64,000 bases of DNA, taken from NCBI GenBank assembly GCA_023205875.1, contig CP060770.1, forward strand, positions 186,001-250,000, read 5' to 3'. Shown here piece by piece: positions 43,492 through 56,800 of this stretch. Under the pieces are notes generated by a model. The model was not told the DNA's origin. It made no database searches and was given only the letters and a program-made list of their open reading frames with translations. Position 1 is the first letter of the stretch; each line of letters begins with the position of its first letter. The translations under genes and the position numbers were made by a program. Source of the DNA: Chloropicon primus. Its lineage: Eukaryota.

Positions 43492-46400
43492 TTACGTGCC
43501 CACACCTTCCAGGACCATCTGCGTGTAATCGCAGAGTCCATGCGTGAGAAGCGTTACGGACAGACTGTCGAACCACACTTTCCCCGTGTGCCCCCTGAAC
43601 ATGCAGTAGAGCTGCAGAGCGACAATCGGCTGCTCCGGGTCGATCACCCCGGCTCTGAACTGCCAGGAGTGCGTGCCCACGTCAAAAGGAATGTTGTAGC
43701 CCCACTTCACGCTCCCGTCCTTGTACACGATGTCCACATAGACAGCGTACCCGCCGTCCACCACGCCGGAAACCTTCTCAGCCTTGCTCCATCCCGAGAC
43801 AACTACGGCTTCTGGCTCCTCCTGCTGCAGCCACACCTCCTGGTAAGCGGCATGGGTTCGCCTCCAGTCGCTGCTCTGCATCGTGATCGCCAAGGTGTCC
43901 AGGGAGCCCGCCTTCTTGCCCCCCGCAAAATCGACGGTGTAACCGTCCATGAAGGCCTTCCAGCCCGCGCTGGGATAGTCCACTGGGCCGGTGTAAGCAA
44001 ACTGTGGATTGCGGAGGAGGTTTTGCCCCTTCTTCTGTATCCTTCCCTCCCTGCACAAGCTCTGCAGGGAGGAGGACATCACTTTCACGACCTTTTGGAG
44101 CTCCAAGGTGGTGTACTTCTCCTTCTCCAGCATGGCGTTGTTCTTGTCATGGGACTCCTTCATGCCCTGCGCAAAGAGCACAAGCTGGTGCAAAGATGTT
44201 GGAATGGTGTCCAAGTAAGGCCTGATGGTCCTGACCTGGTTGCCATGCTTGGCTGTCGTCCTACTGTGAGAGGTCACACGCAATCGGTACCAGTACAGCG
44301 GGAGGGGCAGCGTCACGAGCTTGAACCCAGAGAGCACGGACTTGCTGAAGAGCTCCCAATCCTCGAGAGCGTATCCGTAGTCGTCCGGGAATCCGCCAAC
44401 CTCATCAAAGGCGGTCTTTCTTATCATCGCATTCGTGTCGCCGTACATGTTTTGGAACATGCCGACCGTCTTGGCGTCTCCGATGGGCACCCACCTGCCC
44501 GTGGGGGTGAGGCCATAGGGCGGGGGATCGTTCCCAAAGAAGTAGTCGTTGACGCAGGTGAGCACGTCGGCGCCCGTGAAGGCAGCGACATTGACGAAGG
44601 TCGTGATCTCTTCCCGCTTCGCATAGTTATCGTCATCCATGAAGAAGAGGAACTCTCCGCTGGCCAGCTTGGCAGCCTGGTTCCTTGCTGCTCCGGGTCC
44701 CCTGTTCACCTGCTGCATCACCTGCCAGCCCTTTGGGGCGAACTTCGCTCTCAGGTCCTCCAGCAAAACGTTCGCTTCCTCGAGGGTGCTTCCATCGTCC
44801 ACGACAATCACCTCGAGCCTCGCGTAGTCCTGGTGCTCAATGCTCTCCAGGGTCTGCTTGAGGAGCGCCGGGTTGTTGTACGTCACGACGCAGACGGAGA
44901 CCAGGGGGGTGCCGTAGTGCATCACGGACAAGTCAAACGCTCTCGCCTGGTGCTTGAGGATGTGGTGCCAGATGCCCCAGGTCCTGGAATTGCTGCTGGC
45001 AAAGGCATCGTAACCGACGAATCCTGGGTATATCCCCCCAAGCAGAATGGTTTCCAAGCGCTTGGCCATCTCTTTCGCCGCGGGGATCACCAAGGCCTGC
45101 TCCCTCAGGTACGGCGGAACGAGCTCCTCCACGCCTCCAACCCTGGACGCCAAGAAGGGGACACCGGCTATCAGGCACTCCAGAACGCTCAATGGGGAGT
45201 TCTCCATGATCGAAGGCATCACCGCGAGCCTCCTGCCCACGGTGCCTTCGATCGTCCTGTTGCTCTCTTCCTTGAGGTACTCCAGCCTGTGCTGCGGCCC
45301 GGCCTGGTCGTCCAAGATCCGCCACTCGAAGTTCCACTTCACGGATCGATGCTTCACGTAGTCCTCGATTCTCGCGTTGATGTTTCCTGGCAAGGTGAGG
45401 AACTCGTCCTGCTCGTTTGGAAACTTCCCGAGGAACGTTACGGAGAACTGGGGCAAGTTTCGCTTGCTAAGCCTGTCGAGCGCATCGCAAAACAGGACAA
45501 TCCCCTTTTTCAGCTCTGCTCGAGCAAAGTACACCAGCTCGGTGATCTTCACGGGGTTCCCCTTCATCACCTCGAGGCCCTCGTCCAGGACCTCACTCGT
45601 GGTTCTCGGCATCATCTGGTGCCTCTTCAGCCACTTGGGCGCCACGTGCTGCTGCACGACGACCTTGTCCCTCGGCAGGACCCAAGAGTTGTCCTGCAGC
45701 CAATTCAGCATGTAGTGGGAAGGGGAAACCAGGTAGTCCGCGTTCTTGGCCGTCTCTCTCTCGAGGTGGTCAGAAACCAAGTCGTTCACCTGGTCCAGCA
45801 GCTTGAGCGAGTTGATCTTGTACCACATGTGAGGACAGTGCAAGTGAACCACCAGGATGGTCTGCAGGAAATCCAACCCTTGCTTCTTCGCGCTCGTCGC
45901 GAAGAATCCCGCGCCCTTGTTGTCCGCAAAGTGAATCACGTCGAAGCTCTCCTGAGCCCTCAGCCACATGAAGACCCTGTGGGCGATCTCCACGTCCTTG
46001 TCCACGTCGTAGCTTACCGGCTTGGGCAGCGCGACGAGGGTCAACCCAAGCTTCTTGTAGTAATCGACCCAGTGGTCGATGGAGCCAACATCTGTGCGGG
46101 CGCCATTCCTCGTGTACAGCAGAGTCACCTCGAACCCGGACTTGCAGAGGCTCTCCGCCAGCGTGGTGAGGGCCGTCCCCGGTCCCGAGGACAATGCCAG
46201 GCCCATGAAAGCGTTGGACACGATGCAGACTCTGCCGTATTTCTTGATCCTCCAGCTCTCCGAGTGGGATCCGAAGAACGCATCGTACGTCTCGAAGAGC
46301 TCAGCCTCCGTTCGAACGACCTCGTCGAGCATCGGCCACACCTCCGTGGAGTAGTCCTTGGCCGAAACTCCCGCGCTGGCCTGCGTCGGCACCGTCGTCG

Positions 46401-46578
46401 TCGTCGGCTGGGTGGGCCGGGCTTGCGCCTCGGAGCCCCGGCCCTGGCCGCCGTCCGACGAGAGGGTCATGTAGAACACCAAGTTCCATGCCGGAAAAGC
46501 AAGAAGGACCAAGATGAACCAGTTCGACTTGAGCAAGCTCAAGTAACTAGTAGTGGTCCGCTTCGAAGAGGAGGCCAT
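43492..46578 (-). CDS. Type II membrane bifunctional glycosyltransferase (GT4-like plus GT2) with a C-terminal beta-rich domain
   Basis: N-terminal TM; FARAELKKG and PSIMENSPLSVLEC..GVPFLASRVGGVEE (GT-B); VSVCVVTYN..VVDDGS..NRGPGAARN..FMDDD..EDWEL (GT-A); NLLRNPQF..W. Confidence 0.85.
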   Translation of the reverse strand: MASSSKRTTTSYLSLLKSNWFILVLLAFPAWNLVFYMTLSSDGGQGRGSEAQARPTQPTTTTVPTQASAGVSAKDYSTEVWPMLDEVVRTEAELFETYDAFFGSHSESWRIKKYGRVCIVSNAFMGLALSSGPGTALTTLAESLCKSGFEVTLLYTRNGARTDVGSIDHWVDYYKKLGLTLVALPKPVSYDVDKDVEIAHRVFMWLRAQESFDVIHFADNKGAGFFATSAKKQGLDFLQTILVVHLHCPHMWYKINSLKLLDQVNDLVSDHLERETAKNADYLVSPSHYMLNWLQDNSWVLPRDKVVVQQHVAPKWLKRHQMMPRTTSEVLDEGLEVMKGNPVKITELVYFARAELKKGIVLFCDALDRLSKRNLPQFSVTFLGKFPNEQDEFLTLPGNINARIEDYVKHRSVKWNFEWRILDDQAGPQHRLEYLKEESNRTIEGTVGRRLAVMPSIMENSPLSVLECLIAGVPFLASRVGGVEELVPPYLREQALVIPAAKEMAKRLETILLGGIYPGFVGYDAFASSNSRTWGIWHHILKHQARAFDLSVMHYGTPLVSVCVVTYNNPALLKQTLESIEHQDYARLEVIVVDDGSTLEEANVLLEDLRAKFAPKGWQVMQQVNRGPGAARNQAAKLASGEFLFFMDDDNYAKREEITTFVNVAAFTGADVLTCVNDYFFGNDPPPYGLTPTGRWVPIGDAKTVGMFQNMYGDTNAMIRKTAFDEVGGFPDDYGYALEDWELFSKSVLSGFKLVTLPLPLYWYRLRVTSHSRTTAKHGNQVRTIRPYLDTIPTSLHQLVLFAQGMKESHDKNNAMLEKEKYTTLELQKVVKVMSSSLQSLCREGRIQKKGQNLLRNPQFAYTGPVDYPSAGWKAFMDGYTVDFAGGKKAGSLDTLAITMQSSDWRRTHAAYQEVWLQQEEPEAVVVSGWSKAEKVSGVVDGGYAVYVDIVYKDGSVKWGYNIPFDVGTHSWQFRAGVIDPEQPIVALQLYCMFRGHTGKVWFDSLSVTLLTHGLCDYTQMVLEGVGT

Positions 46579-46990
46579 GTTCCTCCAATATAGAGTACAG
46601 GATTGGATTGTCACAGAGCGCCTCGTCCTTCGTCAAAAGAGTCAGGAGCCGATCCGGTTACGAAGGGATGCAAACCATGCGTTGACGAAGGTCGCGCGCG
46701 CGCGTGTCTTTGATCAAGACTGGGACTCACCACCACCGGGTGCCATGATGATGATGATGATGATGATGATGATGGGACAACTAGACGCAACCTCGAGTCG
46801 CAAAATGACCCGTTTCAATCGAGAGATCACGAAGCGGAGAGAGTATCATCCATGGTAGTCTGACCCTCCCCTCTCCCTCGCACCTTCCTCCTCTGCAAGC
46901 TCTCTCTTTCTCTCTCTCTCACACACACACTCTCGATGAGAGTCCCGCTCCAAGATCCAGTGATCCCGGAGGAAAACACGTCTCCTGGAC

Positions 46991-47410
46991 GCCAAATGGG
47001 TCAAATGACCACTCGTTGGAAAGATCGTGAGACGTATGTTTCGTCTAAGCAATGAACATCCTTTGAATCGTCGTCACTTGGTCTCCAATTGCACCGCAAG
47101 CGTCGCCCCTCTCCCTCGCACCTCCTGGATTCCGACTGTCAAAATTGTCCATGGGATGAAGATTCATTTTGTCATTTTGTGATAGACGTTATATTTATAT
47201 AACGTCCCACACCGAAAAACCCTAATTGGTAACGTCGCGCGCAGAATTCTGCAAAGCGGCGATCAATCGCGATCGCGGGTCGTCACGGAGGGAGGTACGT
47301 TTGCAGGCGAAATACGACCCTTGGACGAGGGGAAAAGGGTGACGAGAAGGTTACCACGGCGTCCGCCATCTCGTGATCTTTCCAACGACCCCTCGTTTGG
47401 ACCGTTTCGT
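46991..47410. promoter_or_regulatory. Divergent promoter GT/TRRAP with 52-bp elements (+ 46991; - 47359) around an AT-rich core
   Basis: gccaaatgggtcaaatgaccactcgttggaaagatc; gatctttccaacgacccctcg; ttatatttatataa at ~47189-47202. Confidence 0.75.
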
Positions 47411-47838
47411 CGACGCGGTGACTGAAAACTTGCGACCTTTGTGCGCTCATCACCAGCGGTCTTGATTCTTTGATTGAATCTTGTGGGTCTTGTGGTGCGA
47501 GGAGAGACGGAGAGGGCGAGGAGCGACGGAGGGGGGAAGCAGGAGAGGTCTTCGAGGGCGAAGGATCTCTTCGCCACCGCCGCCGTCGTCGCATTTCTTT
47601 TTTTTTTTTTCCGTCGAGGAGATCATAGCATTCCCCAGGCTTCTCTTTTTGTCTCCTGCGGAGGTCCCCTCTCGTGAAGGCATCAGCATTCATCATCAGC
47701 TGCTCGATCAGCATCGACGATTGGAGTGACTCGAAAGATCCCGATGGTAAAGCAGTGAGTGATCGATCACCTTTTTCGTGGTGCTGAAGAGAGGAAGAAC
47801 GGGACGGGTTGGCGCCACGCTCTGCCACCACCACCAAG

Positions 47839-50800
47839 ATGGTGCACTCGCTCATATTGCTGAGCAAGTTTCAGGAGCACGCCAAGGACTTTATCAATCC
47901 GGAGTCAAGTAAGTGGAGAGACCGAGGAGGTTGGGAGATCGGGATCGGCCCTCAATCCCCCCCCCTCCTGTTTGTTTGTTCTTGCTGCTGCTTGCTTTTT
48001 CTTGCTCCTCCCCGCGTGTACTGAACCACCACTGAACTCTTTGTCCTTTGTTCGTCACCGCTGTTGTTTCTCCTCCCTGCTGCTCCTCCTCCTTCGCCGC
48101 CGCAGGCTTGGACACCTTGATACAGTTGGCCACCGAGGTGAGGGACTGCATCGAGATTGCCCACACTTCGGAGTACAAGAAGTTCCTCCACTTTTACTTC
48201 CCGGCCTTTGAGCACGTCTTGAGGCAGAGGACCAAGCCTCAATTCACGGCAAACAAGGAGAACAAGCTTCGAAACTCTGTGGTGGAGATCTTGCACAGGT
48301 TGCCTCAGAACCAAACGCTCAAGGACCACGTGGAGAAGCTCTTGCTGCTGTGCACGGACGTGCTGAAGAACGACAACGAGCTCAACGCTCTTGTTGCCCT
48401 TCGGGTGATCTTCGACGTTCACAAGAATTTCAGGCCTCAGTTGGAAGACAAGCTCAAGGCTTTCTTCGAGTATGTCGTCGAAAAGTACAAGCAGTTTCCG
48501 GACACGGTCAAGTACGTCTTCAGCGGGGTCGCGGGGAGCGAAGCAGGTGCTTTGCCTGGCTCTGCGAAGGATCCTTCCTCGGCAGGGACGAGCGAAGGCG
48601 GCGCGGGGACGGCGCCGGCATCTGGCCAGCAGGCCATGGACACCTCCGAAGTTCCGGAGGGAAAGAAGCCAGACTCAGGAGACAAGAAGGAAGGTGCCGA
48701 GGCCGACGCATCGGCGGATCCGAAGGCGGGCAAGGACTCGTCCACCCCTGCCAAGGAGGGGGAAACAAGTGACAAGGGGGACACCAAGGCAGCCAAAGGC
48801 AAGGGGAAGCAAGCAGAGGCAAGCGGGGCCAATGACAAGAAAGACGCGGATGCCGAGACCGGGAAAGGATCGAGTGCGAAGGCCAAGAGCGTCGGAAAAG
48901 CCGCGACAAGATCAAAATCGAAAGAGGCTGAAGCTGGGAACAAGGGAAAGGCAAAGGACGAGGACGCGCAGGAAGGAAATAAGGATAAGGATGACATGGA
49001 AGTCGACGAGCCAGGAAAGAAGGACGATGGCAAGGCCAAGCAAGGCGCTGGCGCGAAGGGCAGCGATTCTGATAGCAAGCCTGCCGCGAAAAGCGACAAG
49101 GAGGATGAAGGCCAGGGGGTCGAGGGCATCGAGAAGCCGGCAGGTGATGTCCGTGGAAGCTCCGGCCTGATTTTGCCAAGCACTCACTCTTTCAAGGTCC
49201 TGACGGAGTGTCCCTTGATAGTGATGTTCCTCTTCCACTCGTACCCGACGCACATCAACAAGAACGTCACGAGGCTCTTGCCCTTCATGCTGGAGGCGAT
49301 AGCGGCTCAGCCGCCAGGGAGCCTCGATGAAAGCCAGATGGCAAAGTACGCAGATATGAAGGCGGCGCAGGTGAAGACTGTGAGCTTCCTTACGTATCTT
49401 GTCAGGTCTTTCGCCACGTATTGCAATCCTCACAAGGAGAAGATCGCGAAATGTGTCGTCGTGTTGCTTACGAAGCAGCCTGACACCGTCAGCGTGAGGA
49501 AGGAGCTCCTGGTAGCCACGAGGCAATTCTTTGCAACGGACTTTAGGACGCCCTTCTTCCCTTACCTTGATAAGCTTATGGAGGAGAACTTGTTGATTGG
49601 AGACCCTCAAGGTCAGAACGAAGCCCTTCGACCACTAGCGTATGGCCTGCTTGCCGAGCTGATCCACCACATGAGGATGCAGCTGAATATCAAGCAGCTC
49701 CACCGGATCATTTTCGTCTTTTCAAGGATTTTGCATGACAGCTCTCTGACGTATTCGGTGCACGTCACTTGCGTCCGATTGCTGCTGAATCTCGTGGAGT
49801 CGATCTATCACCAGCGCAATGATCCTGCCAATGCCAGAGACGGGAGAATGCTTTTGGGCAGGATCTTGGATACTTTCACAGACAAGTTTGGTTCCCTGAA
49901 GACGAAAGCTGGCAATTTCGACATCAAGCTTCTGGAAGAAATGAAGAAAGACACTTCCAATCCCAAAGCAATCAAGGCCTACGGGGAGAAGAGGAAGGCG
50001 AGGTACGAGTACATCCAGCTCCTTCGGACGCTGATCATGGGCATGAAGGCTCTCTTGTGGAGCATGACAAACTATGCGCAGATGAGGAAGCAAAAGAGCC
50101 ACACGATACACCCCGTGTCACCCTTGTCTGAGTACGAAGTGGTATCTGTAGCAAAGCTTGTAGCGAACGGGTTTTCCTCCCTTTGTGTTCTGCGACAAAC
50201 TGAGATCGGAAGCGTTTCAGATCACTTCGCTTCCATGTGTCAAGTGATGGATCCCAAAAACATGACAGAAGTGTTTGCGCGGCACATCTCAACCCTGTTT
50301 GAGAAGGCTTTGGAGTACCCACCGTTGATACACGTGCTGGCCCAGCTTTTATTGAACAGCGAGACGCATGCACCGTTTGCAGACGTTCTTTCGGCCTATT
50401 TCATCGGGACGAAGCTGGATGCCATTGGCGATACAAAGTCTGCTGAAGGAAGGCTCGTGTCCCGATTGCTGAAGCACTTGCTCAGCTGCTTGGGAAAGTA
50501 CCACTCGTGTGAATTTTACATGAAGAACAGGCTTATTCCTCTGGTTCAAGGCTGTCTAGACAGAGCTGTCAAGACGGTGGATTGTACACCATACATTGAA
50601 ATTTTGAACTTGCTGTTCCATTCCTTGGCTGGAGGAAAGTTAGACAAGCTGTACCAGGAGTTCTTGTTTGTGTTGCAGCCAACGATCAATGCCATTTTGA
50701 TGATCTTGCAGGGGCCTTCAGGCAGAACACACCGAAAACAGATTGTTGAGCTTTGCCTGACCTTGCCCGTAAGGTTGCAAAATTTGCTTCCCTATCTGAG

Positions 50801-53800
50801 CAAGCTCATGAACCCGATCCTTATTGCATTGAAGGGCCAAGACGAGCTTGTGAACATGGGCCTCAGAACACTAGAATTTTGGGTGGATTCGCTGAATCCG
50901 GAATTTTTGGAGCAGGAAATGGCGAGCATAGAGGTAGAGCTCATGGAGACTCTTTGGAGTCACCTGAAGCCTCCGCCATATCCTTTTGGCGCCCGGACTT
51001 TGCAACTTCTGGGTAAGCTGGGAGGGAGAAACAGACGCTTCCTCTCGAAGCCTATGCCACTGGAATTCAAATCAAACCCGGAATACGGACTGAGGGTGAT
51101 TCTGTCATTCAAGCCTCAGACTCGATTCTTGATTCCTTTGGACAAGTGCATCCAGATGGCCACAAACGTCGTGAAGAGCTCGAACAACAAGCACTACAGG
51201 GCAAGCCCTTATTACATCGAGCAGGCAGCGGACTTCCTTCAGTCGTGCTTCATATCTTTGCTTGATCTGAAGAACGCCAAGGAGGTGAGCAGGGACACCC
51301 TCATCCAAGTTCTCGTGGGCAAGGAACATGTAGAACAGAAGGAAGACGAGGCGGCACCTACCGGGGACCAAGTCGCCAAAGCAGGAACCCAAGAGAAGAG
51401 CCAGCCGTTGGCTCCGAAGACAAAACTCCAGTTTGGTGCGGAGCAAAAGCAATTTATCACTCTGGTGGCATCTGTTATCATTACGAGTCACCGGAAAGAT
51501 TCCCCCAAAGCTAGCAAAACGGGTCTTGATCCTTTTGTGGTCCACATGTGTGACCACTTCATGATCATGCTCCTTGCGCAAAAGGAGCTGAAAGTTGCGA
51601 ACAATGATCAATTCAGGAAGCTTGACCCTTCCCTGTTCTTTGACGCTGTCGTGGCCACGATCTGTGACCAAGAAGCGGACTACTCTGAAGTCGGACTGAA
51701 AATCGTGAATCATATCTTGGACACGATCGAGAGCGTCAAATCTGAGCCAAAGGTGCTTCCCGTCAAGGAAAAGGTGGAGACGAGAAGTGTGGAAATTATT
51801 GAGATCTTCATGAGCAAGCTCATTCACCATTGCTTCAAGCTGCCTTCCTTGGATCACCCGAATCTGATGAACGCGATTAGCATAGTGTACAATAAAATAC
51901 CCTCCCAGAAGAAGATCGAGCACATCCCGGCGATCATGAAGGCGCTCTTCTTTGTTCTGAGGAACCTTCCATGCCATTCCTTGCACGATTGCAAGGAAGT
52001 GAAGTATTGGATCAAGAAGTATCTCTCGGAAGAGCTGAAGAATGCTCAAGTGGAAGAGGGCGCTAAGGATGCCGCCATGAAGCAGATCATTGAGAGCACG
52101 GTCAACGAGGCACTGAATGCTAATGCAGGGCGCATTGCAAACGAGTGCGCGACCGAAATCCTTCAGATCTGTTCAGACATGCTGCAAAAATCTGTCAGTG
52201 CGATTCTTGAACCGGTGAGCAAAAAGCTTCTTGTCTCAATTTTGCACAAGCCCTTGAATAGCAGGAAGCTGGAAGTTCAGATCCAGGCACTGTCCATCGC
52301 GACGTATTGCATCAACTTGGGCCCGCAAATCATAGCATCTTTGACTCCAGAGCTGATGCGCCTTGTGGTCGAGGCAATGAACATCTGTAACGCCGATCAT
52401 GCCCACTTGCCTCAGATCAAGAGTTCTGAGAAGTGCAATGTCTCGTACGCAGATCTGAAAGCCGCTTCCATCAAGTTCTTGTGGGCCGCTTTGACCCTGA
52501 GGCAGTTGGAGGCCGCTGGCCAAACGAATCTGAAGGGAAAGATCATACCTTTGATGTTCAAGCTGTTGGCCTATCCTAACGAAAAGGTTGTCAGCGCTGC
52601 ACTGGATGGGTTGAGTCAGATGGTCAAGAGCTCTGGGATTCCAAAAGAGCTGCTGCAGCAGAGCTTGAGGCCCATCCTTCTGCATCTGCAGAGGCACAGC
52701 CACCTGACCATTCCACTGCTGAAGGGAATCGCGAAGCTCCTCGAGCTGCTTGCGCATCACTTCAACACGACGCTTGGAGAGAAGCTTGTCAACCACCTGA
52801 AAAAGTGGCTTGAGCCCGAGAAACTAGCGAGCAGCAGGCACGACTACGAGGAAACCAAGTTAGCCGCAGCCATAATCGAGCTCTTCCACCTGCTTCCTTC
52901 ACAGGCCTCCAAGTTCTTGGAGTCGACGCCCGAGAGGCCGGGTTTGGTGGTGTTGACCATACAGCTCGAAGCGCACATGGGCATTGGGGCTCCAGCTTTG
53001 GATACGATCTCTCCTTACAGAAGGCCATTGACAAAGTACCTCAACAGGTACGCGGACACGGCGATCGAGTATTTCCTCGTCAGAATGTCAAACCCGTCGT
53101 ACTTTGTGAGATTCATCGACATTATCTGCTCCGAGGAAGGTGTGCCACTCCGGGACAAGCTTGCTTCGAGTAGTGACAAGATCATCAAGTACTGCTTTAG
53201 CAAGGTTCCAGAGAAGCCCAAAGCCCAAGCTAGCGATAGCAAAGGTAACGGCAAAGCGGCAACGCCAACAACTGGAGCGGCGGGAGCCTCTACACCGGCT
53301 AAAGAAGGCCAGAAAAACCCACCAAACGCCCCCTTTGAAGGTGTGAAGCTGGTTTCTGTTCTCAGCGAGCTGAAGCCCGACTGGATTGTCACTTGCACTG
53401 ATTTGATTGAGGTGCTCAAGGAGAGGTGGAACTCTCCAGAACGCAAGGCAAGGATTGACGTGGAAGAGAAACTTCCACCGATGCAGGTGAAGGAGAGTAA
53501 ATGGCTCGCAAAGTGCTTCATCTCCTACATCAGGGTGAAGAGGCTTGAGAGCATTGACCTCCTCATTTCTCTGCTCACTTCCTTCACGACGAAGACGAGG
53601 GTGGATTTCACGTTCCTCCGTTCCTTCTTCTCAAAAGAGATTGTGGAGACGTTCTCGGTGGAGGAAAAGAAAACTCTCCTCGAGAAGTTCTTCTCCTTTT
53701 TCAAGTCAAAGGGCGAGCCTGCAGAATTTTTCGCTGGCCTTGAGGTACTGGTTTTCCCAATATTTGAGAAGGAGTGCAAGGATGAGACCAAAACGGTGAT

Positions 53801-56800
53801 GGATGAGAATCTCATGTCGTGTATCATAAAGGACTACCTGGGAACAGTAGACAACATGGATTCTTCCCGTTCCGAGCAACACCGCATAGCCATGCTGAAG
53901 TTGGCGACTTCGCTGATAAAGCACAACTCAAAGGAGTTGGTTGCTCACCGAAAAGAGCTCATCAAGTTCGGCTGGAATCATTTGAAGAGGGAGGACTCCA
54001 CGAGCAAATGCTATGCTTTTGTGAATGTTTGCTACTTCTTGAACGCATACCAGGCTCCAGAAAAGATTATTCTACAAGTTTTTGTTGCGCTGTTGAGGAC
54101 ATGGCAAGTTGAAGCGAGGCCGTTCATAAACGAAGCGCTCGACATCTTGATGCCAGCCCTGCCACACCGGCTTCAGGAGGGAAATGAGCACCAAAAGGTG
54201 CCTATCTGGAATCGCTATGTCAAGAAGATTTTGATCGAGGAAGGGCATATCATTACTCATACCATACACCTGTGGCATCTGATAGTCAGGCACGATGAGA
54301 TGTTTTACCAGAACCGGGCGCAGTTTGTGCCTCAAATGATCAATTCCTTGCCCAAGCTCGGCTTGCTGCCCAACAGCTCATTGGAGAATCGAAACTTGGC
54401 GCTTGATTTGGCTAAGCTCATTTTGAAGTGGGAGGAAGACAGCATGTCACAAGAATCTGGCCAGGGGGGCTCAGACGGAGTGAAAGGCGACCAAGGAGCT
54501 CCTTCGAGCGATGCCGGAAAGGCCGAGACGGACTCCAAGAAGAGGAACAAGCCTGATCAGTCTTCTGGAGAGAACAAAGAGAAGGCAAGCAAATCCAAGA
54601 GCGAAAAGGCAGAGGACATGGATGTTGATTCCAAGGAAGGGAAAGAGCCAGCAGCAAAGCAAATGAAGCTTGACGATACGTCCGCGAAGGCGACCGCAAA
54701 GAAGCCAAGCGCAGGGCAGGCTGTGAAAGAGTCTGATGGAGCGACCGGTCAAGGGCAGAAGACTGGGAAACAGGAGTTCCGGCTGACCGCTGCTATGCGG
54801 GAGATGCTGGTCAACTTCATTATCCGTTTCTCTTTCCTTTGCGGTGAATCCACAGAAGCGAGAGTGAGTCTGTACCATCCAACGATGAAAGCACTCACAA
54901 GATCGTTGAAGATATGGCCCAACGTTACAGTCAAGATACATTATTTGCACCGTTTGCTGCAGAGTAACCTTCAGAGGCACCAGGACCCTACCTCTGCGCT
55001 CGTCGCTGGCTTGGAAGTCTTGAGAAAAGTTGCTGATAGCCAGTACGAGGACTTCCTGAAACAGAACAGCAACCTCATCATCATGATTATGGAGCTGACG
55101 TTCAATTCGAAGATGCTATCAATATCCGTGAACTTCGTGTACATCATCAAAAAGATGTTCACAAAGTATTACCCAGTGCAGCCAGAAAACACTGACGTGC
55201 AAAAGCTTTTCGATCACCTGAGCGATCTGATTACAAAGCACTTGTCTGCTTGTGAGAAATCTATTCACGGAGATAACTTGGGCAATGGGCATCCTGGCTG
55301 CGTTGCGGTTGCTTTGATGATCCTTTACGAGCTAAGCAACGACTTCCCTCAATTTGTGGAGAACTTCACAGGGCAGTTGATGAAAGTCTTCAAGAAGCAT
55401 GTCCAAGAATGCAGCACGGAGCACAGCGCGAGCAAGCACAAGAAGGTGCCAGCGAGGAGCCAGCCTCAGATGAAGGGCGGCGATGTCGCAAAGCCATCAG
55501 ACAATATGTGTATTATCCTGAAAATCCTGGGCGTCGAAAAGATCGCAAACTCGGAGACCAAGAAGATGTTGTCGCAGACCATAATGTCCTTGATGACCCT
55601 CAAGGGCCACGCGGATGAAATGTACATGGAGCTGACGAGAACGGTTTGCAAATGGGTTTCCCTTCCAGAGGGGCACCGAAATGAAGTCACCGCAAGGGAA
55701 ACGGTGTCTTTCTTGCAGAAATTAGCAGCTCTGGAACGAAATGGAAACATCTCAGTTAGAAGAAGCGCAGAATGGCAAGAAATCTATCTGAAGACACTTC
55801 ACGGTCTCTGCACGAATTCTGGGGACACTGACAAGGCGAAAGAGCTGCGCAGGGATGCCTTCAACAAGGTTGAGGCTTATTGCCTGATCGGCCTCCGCGC
55901 AAGGAGCATCTCGTGGAGGCACGCCTTTTTCGACGTTCATTGCAAGACCATCGGAAAGACGCCATATGATTGCCTCCAGTACATCTTCCACACGCAGGAT
56001 TGGGAAGCCTTGTCCAACACGTTCTGGTTGAACATCTGCGTGAACCTTTTGTTGAACATTGTGGATGGGAAGCCGTCCCCGAATCTAGCACCGAACAGCT
56101 CTCAACTCCACTCCCTGCTACCGCAGGTTGAGGAGGAGGTGGCTCCCAGGGCGGCCGAAGCGCAAAAGTCTTTGCTGCCAGGCAAAGCTGCCGAGGGTGA
56201 CAAGGCTGCGGGCGGAAAAGGGCTTGCTTCTCCCATGAAAGTCGACTCCGCACAAGACAAGGGTGGTGATTCGGACAAGGTTGCAGTGAAAGCTGAGCCA
56301 GGGCAGGACGGATCTGGTGCGCAAGCCTCGGAGGGGGCGGCCGATGTGAAAGAGGCCGAAAAATCCGAGGGGGGTGCCGAGAAGCCACCTGAAGCTCAAG
56401 CTGAGAAGGACGCAGGAGTGGAAGTCAAGGCAGAGAAAGATAAGGGCGGGGATGCCAAGGCAGGAGATAAGGGTGATGCCATGGAAGTGGATGTTCCTGA
56501 AAACGATCAGCCAAAGGATCAAAAGCAGGAGACAGGGAAAGCAGAGGGGGATGCAGAGGCGTCCAAAGATGGGCAAGGAAAGAACGGGCAGGAGAAAGCC
56601 ATGGAGGTGGAGGCGGTGCCAGTGAAAGCTGAAGGGGTCGCGAAAGCAGATGCAGGTGCATCTCAAGCAGGTCCTCTTGCTGCGACCACCAAGGTACCCT
56701 CAGAGAACAAATCTGAAGGAAACGTGGCTACATCTCAGGCCAACGCGTCAGCTTCACAGGCTGAGGGAGCGCTGAATCTGACCAAGGAGAGAAAGGCGAC

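Noticed and set aside
43477..46593. 1038-aa plus-strand ORF, and similar long antisense ORFs (17685..20075, 41722..43485, 8785..10068, 33827..35389)
   Set aside because: They mirror well-supported genes on the opposite strand; this is expected from GC-rich codon bias, and they show no recognisable motifs
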